Under the pieces are notes generated by a model, which was not told the DNA's origin, made no database searches, and worked only from the letters and a program-made list of their open reading frames with translations. Below, in pieces: positions 39,082 through 51,938 of a stretch of 64,000 nucleotides of DNA. Made by a program: the position numbers and the translations under genes. Origin of the DNA: Epiperipatus broadwayi (lineage: Eukaryota; Animalia; Onychophora). Each line of letters starts with the position of its first letter. Position 1 is the first letter of the stretch. The stretch lies in the NCBI GenBank assembly GCA_028023455.1, contig JAQFVV010000010.1:3534001-3598000 (forward strand), written 5' to 3'.

Positions 39082-40409
39082 CTTAAAAGTAAAAAAAAAA
39101 CTCCACTGGGACAAATTTCAAAAATGTGGGCATATAGATGAAACATACATTGACATATAAATTAATAAATATTTTATATTATTATTACTAAAAAAAAAAC
39201 TTATTCAATATAAAGAAAGAATATATAAACAAAACTATATAAAATAAAACTAATGTTTATGTACAATTTTAGCAGAGATTGGATTTGCAATGCTGCAGTA
39301 AAAAAATCTATTCTTGATATCTGAAATATTGACAAACCCAAAATAAAATCCTGGAATCAAGTATTTTTGATTAAAGTGTGTTTACCTGTACTTTATTTTA
39401 TTTATATATTCAATATTTAATTTTATTTGCATTTTATTATATATATGTAATCAATTTTATACATGTTTGCATGCCTGGTGAAGTGAATTATTCTTTTGGT
39501 GAAATGCACTTTCAGTGCCGAATACTATGATTATTGTGCTCAGCATCAAAAGTGCACTTAACCAAACAAACATTATATTAAAGAAGAACCCACTTCACTA
39601 AACATGCTAACATACACATGAAAAATTATTATATATCTATCCCTGAAATATATACTAAATATAGATTTTTTAAATAATGATTTGTAATAAATTATTTTTT
39701 TGTTGTTAAAAATAATTATCTGCCCCCAAATTTCAAAAATAGTTTTATACACATTTATAATCCTTTCATGATATTTGTAATTATATATATTACCTTTTTT
39801 TTTTAAATTGTCTGAAAAAAATTTGGTTTGACACTCTCCATAAAAGTTTTTCAAATAATTGTTTGCCCTGTGTTATTTGTAATGAGTAATGATTTCTGAT
39901 TGAAGAAAATAAAAAAAATAATTTAGCCAATTGAATAAAACTCTTATGCATTACTTTTATTCAGGGCTTTTTTGTCATGTAACATGGAGGAATGGAGTTG
40001 TGTTACTTTTTTAAGTTTATTTTTAATGTTTCAAACATAATTAGATGGAAACAGTATATGGACATAATTACAATCCATATTTATATAATTCCAACAACTA
40101 AAAAAATATAGTGGTTTATGAATCAGATATTCAAAATTGACATTCTCATGTAATGAGAAGTGGACTCGTCCATATCCCTATTGGTCACTCATGGTCAATG
40201 ATGATTACAGCGACACATGTGCAGCCAGTAATGTCTGATGTTTGTAATTGAATGCACCTGCATAGCGATTGACAATGTGTGGAATATTTAATTTCTTTAT
40301 TTTTACATAAATTTGATGTCACTATTTTTATTTTATTTATTTTTTACTTTAAAAGTTTACCCCAAGTTTAAAAATGAAAAACATTTCCAGTTACTTCTAG
40401 ACCATCAGT

Positions 40410-41015
40410 CCCACTAAAAAAAAATCCAAAATGACAACAGAAAATATGGGAATATTAGTGCAAGTTGATGTTCCTGAATCATCTCAAATGGATCTTGAGG
40501 CGAAATGCCAAGCTAAAAATGATTGGCCAGATTGCTGATCATTGGATCAAAAAAAATGATTTTTGCTCAAAAAATGAATGGTTGAACATACACAAAGTGA
40601 AACTCAGCTGTACACCTTGTAGAAATGTTAGAACTCTTGGAACGGAAGTGATGATGGGAATGAAAATTTCCAAAGATGCCAACAATGAAGTCACCTATTC
40701 TGGGAAAAATAGGAAGTTACAATTGAGCTCACTTTGAAAAAAAAATTTTTTGATCACAGAGAATCTGCTGCATACAAAGCAGCTTTAAAAAATATTTTTG
40801 AAGCTGGAAAAAAAAAAGATTGAAAACATTTTTTTAAAATCATTATCTCATAAAAAAGTAATATCAGCAAAGAAAATTTGAACTGCATATAAAGTAGCAA
40901 AGGAAAATCAATTGTTCTTTACTTTTAAAAGTGAAATTGATTTGAAAGAACTGAATGGAATTGTAATGGGTCATATTCTTCCTTAATTAAACAATATATT
41001 TCATAACGCAAGTAA
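40410..41015 (+). mobile_element. KIAA1586/ZNF862-like hAT transposase N-terminal remnant
   Basis: WPDC..KNEWL..LSCTPC..LG..ISK..SSL*KKIFDHRESAA..TAYKVAKEN..IDLKELNGIVMGHIL. Confidence 0.7.
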
Positions 41016-43611
41016 AATAGAAGCTTGTACTTTATTCCTAGGATATATTTAACATTTGATTTCACAATCATAAAGCCATTCAGAAATATACGTAGTCATT
41101 CAATTAATAATATTTATTGAGATAAACTCATTAGTAATGTTAATACAGCAATGTCACATAACTTTATACATTTATAATTTCCTTCCTCCTACTAGTCTAG
41201 AAGAACAAATAATTATTAAAGTACATTTAATGACATATTTAATCTTATATTTTTTTTTTCCAAAGGTAAAAATATAAATAATTATGCCACCGCTATTCTA
41301 ATATATATGACAATAAAATTACATGTTCCTTGTGTATATTTTAAATTTTTAGTTTTCTTTTATATTTGACATGAAATTTGTACATTAAAGTTCTGAGAAC
41401 ATTCAATGACAGTTCACATTTTTCCTCCACATAAATGAAGCACGTGGCATTTGTTCCCTTCATAGTATAATTAAAGCTTAAAAACTTAATTGTTATAAAA
41501 TAAACAAATATTCTTTTATCCTTCCCTGTTAATTTTAAATTTAAATAAAACAATTTAACAGTCCTATTAAGCATTCCCATTTTTTAAATAATAATTTATC
41601 CTGAATTATAGAATATAACATTTACGTGTACTTTAGCATAACGTTGGGATAATTTGAACAATCAGCTGGGAGCAAATTGATGTATCTTTTAGTGGTTTTT
41701 AAGGACACATTTCGCAAACAAATAATATAATTAAATTTTTAACTTGAACTCTGGAAGAGGAAAAATAATTTTACTATTAAACTTTGCTAAATAAATTAGT
41801 TATAGCTGTGCTTGGTTAGCTATAACTGCCCTCGTGAAAGTTCTATAATTGACTGACCTCTTCAAAAGTAATAATAGACTGACTTTCAAAGTAATAATAG
41901 TAGACTGCCCACTTAAAAGTCATAAGTATTGACTTTTATAACTTTTTTAATAATCATTACATCATATTGTTCTCTTCCAATTGTTTACGATAATGTTACA
42001 TCAGAAAAAGATTGTCAATTGCCCCTCCCCCTTACAAACTTACTTAATTATGCAAAAAAACTTTAGACAGTAAAAAAAAAAATAGAGATGAAAAAAAAAT
42101 TATTTCGTCTTTTAAATAAATGAAAAAAAAATATTGAGCTAATAATTAAATGTGTTTTAAAGCAGCAGAATAAAATTAATGACAATTGTTTTAATAAATA
42201 AAATATTTTACAGTATTTGTCATTATATAATCCATCAGTCCATAATTTATTGATTTATTTAAAATGTAATTAAGTTAGTTTTTTAATACTGTTACTGATA
42301 TAATTAAATATTTGAATGTAATGTAGGATATTTAATGACTTAATGAAACATGTGAATGAAAAATGAAGTTGTATAATGCATGAATATTCAGTAGTAATAT
42401 ACTATAGGTATTATACTACACTGACCGAAATGACAATGTGAATGATGATGAGTGAAACATTTTACTGTTTATGCTATAAATTTAAAATGTACAAAACAAA
42501 TGGACTAGAAAATCATTCTAACAAAACTTAATACTGCTTTATGAGCAAATAAAACAAGTAAGTATCAACTCAGACTGTATTAACTATACATATAAAAAAC
42601 TACTCCCCTATTCTATCACTGATTATACCCCAAAACAAGACACTAAACATTTGAGAAATCCTTTAATTATACCTACACTTACTTTTGATTACTGTTTTAA
42701 GTCAAAATAAAATTTTTTTAAAAATTTCACGTTATTTCATTTTTTTAAAGAGGATTATATCAGAGATTACTGATATACTACTACACTACTACAATGACTA
42801 TTTCTGGTGCCAAACCAGAAGGTCACAATATTAACTTGCTGCAGAAATATATAACATATATACACTATATGTGTGATATTGATTTAAAGTAAATTATACA
42901 TATTCAGTGTTCATTTACAATATATGTTATGTACACATACTAAATATGATATATACATAAGGGGTATACATTTTAACTTATAGCAGAAATATCTAGTGAT
43001 ATATATATCAACTGTAAGTTTCCAGTCAATTTAAAGTACAATATAGTTTTATATTTTTATTTCCTGTGCCAGTACTAAAAACTTAAAAATAATGAGATAA
43101 TTTATATATATATTGAATGCTTTTATTGACTATGTACTAAAAAGAAATAATGTAATTGTTTCTTTAGGGATTTCTGGACCCCCATGCTTTTATTTTAAGT
43201 TAAATCTAAAAACTCCAATTATGGTTGAAGAAATAATTATTTTATTTCTTTTTAGTGCACAGTCAATAAAAGCATTTAATATTTTTAAAAAATATCTATT
43301 ATTTCTTTTTTTTTAAAAAAAATATCTGATCTTTTCAGAGTGAAGGGGAATAGCAATTTAAGGCAGAATCAATTAGAGTGAAATTTAAATGTTAGTATTT
43401 TGTAAAATTTTTGGGATTTAATAATTAAATTTTTCAATTTTAGGAATCAAAATTTTTTTAGAAAAGCACTTAAAATGCAAAGATTTATTATATTACCAAA
43501 GAATAATGATTTCTATTGTAGCTGGGTTTTTTTTATTTGAAAAATATGTACTGGCAGAATTTGAAATAAAATTAATTACAAATAATTAATTAAAAACAAT
43601 CTGGTATATAT

Positions 43612-43804
43612 ATTAGACCTGCTGCCCATGTTTACAACAGCAGAATATTGTATCTTTTTCCAGTGGAGGGGAGGGTGTTTACAATGGCAGAATTCCATAG
43701 TTGTGACTTTTTAATATGGTATTTTGCCTTTGCAAACACCCGACTCCCTCAATTAGAGAAAGGTGTGGCATTCTGCCATCACAAATACAGGCATCTGGTC
43801 TAAT
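43612..43804. mobile_element. MITE, second copy of the 33861-34102 family
   Basis: attagacc..ggtctaat termini within a (TA)n context; shared gcagaat/attctgc internal arms. Confidence 0.75.
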
Positions 43805-44459
43805 ATATAAGTACCAATAATCTTTTATATATAAATCAGATATTTTTATAAACATTATGTTATAGTAAAAATAATAAAAACAGAATATGGGTTCACTGCT
43901 ATTTATTTCCCAAGGACTATGTAATCCTCTTTTAGGATGAGTATGGGTGATTAGGGTTTCATTTTATCATAACTAATGTGTTTTTTTTCTTTTAATATTT
44001 CTTTAAGAAAATAATTATTTACTGAATTCTCTAATTTTTTCTTCTTTTTTTTATTACTACTAAGAATGTTAATAATTATTTTAAAATCAAGACAATTTTT
44101 TTTATAGGCTATCATTAAGTGCACATGGAGGTATCCACCAAAATCATATATGTAAGTTTTATTAACTTTTAATTTTAAGTAATGTCTATATTCTATATAA
44201 TAACAATAGTATAAATGTCAATCAATAGACTATTATTTACATCATTAGAAATAGACAATTATGGGATAATAAAGTGTTGAGTGAAAACACATTTATTCCA
44301 TGTTTTAAAATAATAGATACCAAAAAAATAATAATAATAATCTAAATTTCAAGAATTGAGATAAAAATAGATTTATTTTTTCAGTATGTGAAATCATTTC
44401 TCTCAGTTAACATTTTATTATTAGCATTTAAAGTTATATTTGTAAACTGGATCTCATTA

Positions 44460-44680
44460 CTTCTACCTCTTATTTTTGTTAATTGAATTGAGTATGTTAT
44501 TTCTATCTCTAATCTTTAATGACTGAGGTGGGAGGGTTATTCCATCTCTTATCTTCGAAAACTGAATTTATATATTATTTCCATATCTCATTTTTATAAA
44601 CTCATTTAGATTATGTTCTTTCAATCTCTCATTTTTGTAAATTAAAGTGGGTGTATTGTTTTCATCTTTTATTATTCATA
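44460..44680 (+). repeat. Degenerate ~40-bp minisatellite (about 6 units)
   Basis: Recurring ttc(t/c)atctct(t/c)at(t/c)ttt..aa(c/t)tga..(g/t)ttat units. Confidence 0.45.
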
Positions 44681-45394
44681 TTAGGTTTTTGAAGAAATAA
44701 ATTTGTGTCATTTTTATTAAATACAATAATGGAAAATCTCTAATCTTCATTCATCTAACTTGCACTTGACCAGTAGTTTGAATACACTTTAATTAATAAT
44801 AATAATTATTATAATTGTGATACAATTGTTGAAGAGGTAATATGATATTTATGCATGGACATTAGTCAGGAATTTAGCTTAATATGCCTACTGTTCAATT
44901 ACACAGGACTTTATTTTTGATAGAAATCATAAAATCAACAATAATAAATTAGTATATTTTAAAAATATATTTATTGACATAATAAAATTTGTATAGTTGA
45001 ATATTATAATACACTTTGTCAAAGTTGGCTCAATTCCATTGCTGGTATTGGCTTCTTCCATCAAAGTATATTATGATGAATTGAGAAATATGTCATTTTT
45101 TTTTAATAAAACTAAATTAATAAAAGTTCAAGGTGTATTATAAAAGATTTAATGGACTTATTGTAAGTGTATCCAAAAAAAAAATTTATTCTCATTTTCA
45201 GAAGAAAAAAAAAAGGACACTTTATAATATTGTTTTTTTCTGTTGATTCCATATGCACATAGAGAATTATAACAAACTGTAGGAATATTTTAAGTATCTG
45301 CTATATCTGTACATGTTTTATTAAAGAATAAATAAATGTGTACAAACTTAAAATATTGATATTTGCCTGAAGATATCTATCTGATGATAGTATA

Positions 45395-45640
45395 TTAGAT
45401 GTGATAATATATTGAACTATTTCCATCATCTTTCATTAAATGTTAAATGTATAGAAAATTTTAAACTTTATTTAAATTCAAATACAAACAACTTGTTAGT
45501 AATAACATACAAATGCTAACCTGTGTTGTATTACTAACAAGTTGTTTGTATTTGAAAAGTTTAAATAAAGTTTAAAATTTTCTATACATGCAACATTTAT
45601 TGATACATGATGGAATATACCAATATATTATCACATTTAA
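45395..45640. repeat. Inverted repeat (~110-bp arms; inner ~60 bp nearly perfect)
   Basis: tgtatagaaaattttaaactttatttaaa..acttgttagtaata mirrors tattactaacaagt..tttaaataaagtttaaaattttctataca. Confidence 0.9.
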
Positions 45641-46399
45641 AATATTGATATTGCTAGAAAACTCCATAAAAGAAATAATTGATATGCACAAAAAAAAAAA
45701 AAAAAAGAATCAGTAATTGCAAAAAGCAACAGGCAAATTTGCATATTAATTTATGCAAATTAGCAATGCTGATAAAAAAAGTTTGCAGAAGAAGAAAAAG
45801 GAAGTGTGCAAAAAAGGGGTTCTAAGTTTTATGTTTTGTTCTGTAGTTAGTTCTGTTGTTCTGAAAGTTACTAAAAGAGAGGTTAGTCAAGAATCTAATT
45901 TGACTATCTCAGAATAATGTATGTGAACAATAATGTGTTTATAAAGTTGCAGACTTAAAAATACATTTATATATAATCTCTACAGAGATATGAACTATCA
46001 AGTGATCTAAGAGATCCTGTTTTCAACTAGCAAACATCAAATTGAATTATTAATATTTTACTAACAGTATTATCATTATTCAGAGTAAAATAAACTCTAA
46101 ATTTCTTATTAAACTTTGTTGGTGTTTCCTTTAATTAACAATTAAAATTACCTGGCTGTTAATTGACTGGATGGCTTTGGATATATTATGTTATGCAGTT
46201 GAAGATGAGAACCTGAAGATATATTTTGTGGCACAGCTCAACAAAAGTTATATATTATTTGGATTAGTTCAACAAAATGATTGGTATATCAAGTGGACTA
46301 ATTATTAAAGGAGACAAATTATTTAATCTGTGATATAATTCAGCACTGCAGTTGAAACAAAAATGCAAAATAATGTGATAGTTATATTTGATATAAAAA

Positions 46400-47700
46400 A
46401 TTCAGGTCCGTGGCAAATATATGTGAATAATGTGGAAAAGTATATGCTTATGAATGGAGTATAGATGATAAACCTAAAGTTTCAGTGCTATTATGGATAT
46501 CAGGCAAGAATGTATTAAATGTGGCAAATCATTTATGTGATCCAAAGCTACCCAAAGAAATATCCTATGAGGATTTATTGATAACATTAAATACATATTT
46601 CAAAACTATAACATCAAAATTTATAGTGCATCTTCATTTTCATGGGAGGATGCAGTTGCTAAATGAAACTATACATGAATATGACTTTTAAGTCCTAGAA
46701 ACTTTAGTAAAAGATTGTGAGATCAAGACAATTATTGACAAAATTTTATTAGATCAGTTATTATGGGGGATAAGGGATATAAAGCTTAGAAAAATTCTTC
46801 TAAGTGAAAGGAACTAACATACAAAGTCACTATTGAGTGGGCATTAACTCATAAGGTCATGGTAGTCCATGTAGAAACTTTTTAAAAAGCAACAGAGGCC
46901 ACTACTTTGGAAATAAGTATAAATGCAGCAAAGCCACAAGATACGCATAAAATTTAACACAGACCTCTTCTACTTATTATTGTTGTTAGAAATCAGGTCA
47001 TTTAAAATCTAAATGCAGATTTAAAATGAAAAAATGTTTTAATTGTGGGTTGGAACGTCATTTGTCAAAGTTATGCAAGCATTGAATGACAAAATAGGAT
47101 TTACAAAGAAAGAGAAAATCAAGGAGAAGATTGTCTAAGAAGTTTGTAACAGTAAACAGATTGAAAGATAGTGATGATATGCCTAAATTAAATGTAAAAG
47201 TATGTGGTCAAAATATACAAATAGAAATTGACAGCAAAGCGGGCATATCACTAATAAATAACATTGAAAGATTGGATTAGGATTTGTAAAAAAGCAAAAG
47301 TTAACATGGAAATAGAAATCAAATAAAGATTAGAGGAATAGTGACAGTGCTTGCTGTGATAAATAGTAACAATTACCACTATTTGTAACTGAACAGAAGA
47401 TTAGCCCAATATTATGAAGAAATTGATTTAAACTACTGGGATTAAAAGTTAAGATTGCAAAAAATTGTCAAGCATGTCAAAGTACAGCAAATTTATTGGC
47501 TAAGAAATTTAAAACCTGATGTAAAGCTATGGAAGCTTGGCAGTGAGTTTATTTAGACTGTGCAGGATCATTTCATGAGAAAATATTTTGTGTAGCTGTA
47601 TATTCAAAATGGATTGAAAAATCCTATAATAAATGACACAAGCACAGAAAGTATAATAAAAATTTTGAACAAACTCTTTGCAATACATGGTTAGGTGTTC
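46400..47700 (+). mobile_element. Ty3/Gypsy (K02A2.6/Mag-like) remnant: gag, zinc knuckles, protease, then integrase; RT/RNaseH deleted
   Basis: LLWISG..CDPKLPKEISYEDLL..LNTYF gag; two CCHC knuckles; IQIEIDSKAGISLI protease; CQACQ, DCAGSF, YSKWIE and LFAIHG integrase. Confidence 0.88.
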
Positions 47701-49077
47701 AATTTTAAATTAGAAGTAATTAGCGGTTTTGTGAAAGTTGTAATATGATTAAAATTATAAACAAATCTTAAATTCATATTCATTCTTCATTAAGATAAGG
47801 TAACTGAAAGCAGTAACTTTTTAAAAAATTGTCTCTGCATATAAAAACGTGCAAATAAAGATAATTTATTTTTTATAAATGCACACAGATTTTTTTTAAT
47901 TATAAAACATTCTCTTTGTTCTAAAAAAAAAAAAACTACTTTAGAAAATTTACAAAGAGATCGTCTCAATAGAAAAGGTAATTGAAATAAAAGTTGTATG
48001 CAAATAAAGGCATTTACTTACAAATTAGCAGAGTCTGATGGGTGAAAATAAATATTTGTTGTGGTTAAAATGGTTATTGAAGAAAAGATTAATTAACAGA
48101 AAGAAGTTAACCAAACTGCAAGTGAGAATTAATAGTGGAACAATGGTTAAGTAAATGTATAGATTGTGAATGCCAAGAAAACACTTAAGTTGGGAAATTT
48201 AAAGAGTTTATTTGTAAATGGAAATAGTATATTGTCTGTTAAAGTCATTTAATTTGTTGAAAATTAGTTATTATTAAAAGAACTATATGTATTTTCTAAT
48301 ATATGTGTAATATGTGCAAGAGACTTTTAAAATTGAAAACACAAGTGAAATTGTTTTATTCTTTCTGTGAATAATATATAATTCCATTCGAAGATAAATT
48401 ATAGCTTATTTAATTTGGATTATTACATGCTTAATTCTTTTCACCTCATTATTATTATTGTTGTTGAATAAATATTATAATATATAATTTTCTCATATAT
48501 TTGTTCTTTTTGTTCTCACTGTCTGACTCAATTTAGAGACCCTCAGGACATAGCAAAAAATTATTAGAATATTTTTTCAATTTTATTTTTTTTAAATCAT
48601 TTTCTTATACTTAATTTTTTTTATTTAATTAGAAATATTCATTTTGGTTTTATGAATCATTGCTAATTTTTCAATATGCACTTTCTTGTTTGTTTGTTTT
48701 TTTAATAATTTATATGCTTGTATAAAATTTTGCCTTTTTGATTAAAAAATAAAAATCTAGAAATATATTAATGTGTGTGCTCAATAGGATTTTATTTGTA
48801 ACTATGTGTTGGATTGTTTTCATCTTCTAATTTTAGTTGTTAAATGTTTTTTAGAAAAATTCAAACTTTCTTCAAATTTTTCAAATATATTTTGAATGAT
48901 ATTATTGTGCTTCCTTCTTCAAATGTTGTTGACTTAACCAATCATTGTATTAGCATGAGAATTGAACCAGTGACCCTTTAGATTCATGTTATTTAACCAT
49001 TAAATCTATTTTAAAAATTTAAATGAAGTTTGAAATTTTCTGATCTGTTTAACCAAGTATTTATTTATTTATTTTAG

Positions 49078-49306
49078 AAAATATCTTTGGTTAGTACTGA
49101 TGTTGACAGTATCAGTATTTATAATTACTAATGTTGTTTGTGCCCATATGCTGAAGAGCCATCCTCGGCCATTAAGTACCATCACTGTTGCTCAGATTAG
49201 AGTCATAGTCAATGATTCTCTTTTTGTAGTAATGAGTGTTTTTCTTAGCTGTTGTTTTTATAAACTTATGAACATTTCTTCAGCAGTCATGCCTTTGGAA
49301 TCTCAG
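49078..49306 (+). CDS. GPR137: Internal coding exon of a GPR137/GPR137B (TM7SF1)-like integral membrane protein
   Basis: ttttag|A AAA TAT..TCT CAG|gtaagc; KYLWLVLMLTVSVFIITNVVCA..IRVIVNDSLFVVMSVFLSCCFYKLMNISSAVMPLESQ matches the GPR137B pattern VRVAINDTLFVL..LSICLYK....IYLESK recalled from memory; open frame, strong splice sites. Confidence 0.85.
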
Positions 49307-50229
49307 GTAAGCCATTTTTAATATATATTTTTATTTTGTTGTTTGATTTTAAGATCTTATTTATATTTACATTTTTTACAAGTAGTCTTTTATGAGTAGA
49401 ATTGCTGATATAAATTGTTTTTGAAGTATAGTGCATTGGTAAGATAGAAACATCAACTGTTAAAGATTATACAATTAACAACTCTTTATTTCTGATGGTT
49501 GAACACTATATGATCTCCCAAACAATTGATTATCAATATTTTTTTTAATATAGACATGAATGAAAATATGGAAAAATTTCATTTATTTTGTGTTTTTATT
49601 CATTTACTTGCTTTTTGTAAAAATTAAAAATGCAATATCTTCATTTATTTGTTTTTCAAGGTATAAGTGAAAGTAAATAATAGATATGTGAAAATAACAA
49701 AATTGAAGTCTATTAAAACTATTATTAGGAACAGAAATGTTTATTGCACTTTAAGTATTTTATTTTATTTATAAATGTTACAGAAATCTCTTGCATGTGT
49801 GAATTCATCTTGGATATATGTCATGTAATTATTAAAGTCCTACAGCAGTCTATTTATGATTGTCCCTTTTTCATATAATGTAATAATGTGCATGTGACAT
49901 TATATAGCAATAGCATTTGACTATTATCACTATTGTAAATTATTTTACTCTTACTACTTGCTTTTAACAGAAGGAATTCTTTTAAGAAAATTGTAGAAAA
50001 TTTAGGTTAATTATCCAACTTAAAATTTACTAAACAAACCAATAATTGTTTATTTCCATCAGACAGAATGAGTTTATTTTACTGGACAAACTGAGTCAGT
50101 TCAGCTAATAAAGCTATTCTATATATGTCTTACCCCTTGGGAAAAAAATTTGATAAATAAGAATGAATAGTTTGATAGTATTTGATTTATTTATTTTTTT
50201 TTTGTCTAGTAATTGTGCTGTCTTTTTCT

Positions 50230-50800
50230 TGGTATCTTGATTCATCAGTGCTTCTGTCTCTATTGCCATGAAACTTTGGTGTGAATTAAATGTTTGACTA
50301 TTATTTTCTCATGATATTGCTCACTATCCCACTGTCTGACTGGATCAATTTTTGATTAGGAACTTCTGGATTATTGTAATGTGATTGTTCTTGATGATAT
50401 CTATGACTTTGACCTTCTCAATTCTTTATTACTAGGAAATGATGACCCCATCTGATTGCTGTTATAATTGGAATATGTTTTCCAAGACATATTCTGCATA
50501 ATTTCTTATCTACACTTCAAACCAACAATTTATTTGCTAATTTTATTTTCTTTAATATGCATTTTTGATCTAAGATTAGATTCGTTTTTAGAGGTTTTTT
50601 TTACTAAAATTTCAGCTGTTGTTTTTGTAAACAATTATTGGTGTTGTGTGTGCTGTATTAGCAGTATTATAATCACATATTCCTATCATCTGTTGGTTTT
50701 TTCTAGAGATTTTTCTTGACCTCTTGAATTATTCATTCAGCCTGTTTATTGTTTTCTAGAGGAATAACATTATCAATATATAAATGTTGCATCACTTTTT
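50230..50800 (-). mobile_element. Possible RTE LINE 3' remnant
   Basis: Minus strand QQMIGI and VKVIDIIK resemble the RTE C-terminal region; very decayed. Confidence 0.3.
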
Positions 50801-51846
50801 GCACAGAAATTTCCATATTGGTTAGATATAAAGCTGTCTATTCATTTCAATATATCAATTATAAATTTTGACTTATGCTTGCATACACCTTATATCAACA
50901 AAAAAAAGTTTATTTAATAATATTTATAGATTAAAGATAATCTAGTGATCCATATAATAAACATACATCAAATGAAGCCATAATATATATAATTAATATT
51001 TTAACAAAATCAAAAGGTTTAAAACAAATTAAGAAAAACTTGATATTTCTTGTAATTATTTGCCATAAATTAAGATACCTTATGATAAAAGCAGTCTCCA
51101 AATCAATCATTAATCTGAGAGGTGCATTTTCTTTATATAATTTAATATACACAAAGAAACATGATAATAACATAACTGAAATGTAAATCTTCAGGTATTC
51201 TTTTCTTGTATATGTTTTTTCCTATATATGGGCATAAAACAACATTAATAAATTTATTTATCATTATTTTTAATTATAATTGTCATTTTTTTTCAAACTT
51301 CAATTTATAGTTTTCTGTTCAATTTCACTGTCATACACATCATTATCAAATAAAATAAATCTATTTCTTTTATTCTTCTTTATGCAAATAACCCTGATAT
51401 CACACAACATCAATTAAAATTATGAATTATTGTGATCCACTTTTAATAATCCTGAATTATTAATCCCTTATAGTTATGACTTGTTTAATTTGACAATTCA
51501 TAAAAATAAGCTTTTTCAATATCTGCAATCTCTGAGAGTATTTTTCCGATCATCTCCATAATCAAAATTTTAATGTATATTTAAACTCATTTGACAAGTT
51601 CATATAATAATTACATATATCCATACTAAGCTCTTTACCTGTTTATTTGGCCAAAAACTTAAATTTATTATTGTACCAGGAACCTTCTACATTGTTTCAT
51701 ACTTTACCACATTGCACAAAACATTATTTACTGTATCAGGATTCTACTTCATATCCTCATAATACAACATTCTACCTTTAATATGTAAACTTAAAATTAA
51801 ACATAGCTCACTGTATATGTAAACAAAGAGAATAAGTCACACACAC

Positions 51847-51938
51847 CCAGGCTATGATTTAAAAGCACTCCGAACAAAGGATCATTCTATTCTTGATCCT
51901 TTGTTCAACATTCAGAATGCTTTTACGTCATAGTCTGG
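51847..51938. repeat. ~92-nt imperfect hairpin
   Basis: Perfect 13-bp stem gaacaaaggatca/tgatcctttgttc with a 9-nt loop, plus outer stem ccaggctatga..taaaagca / tgctttta..tcatagtctgg. Confidence 0.85.
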
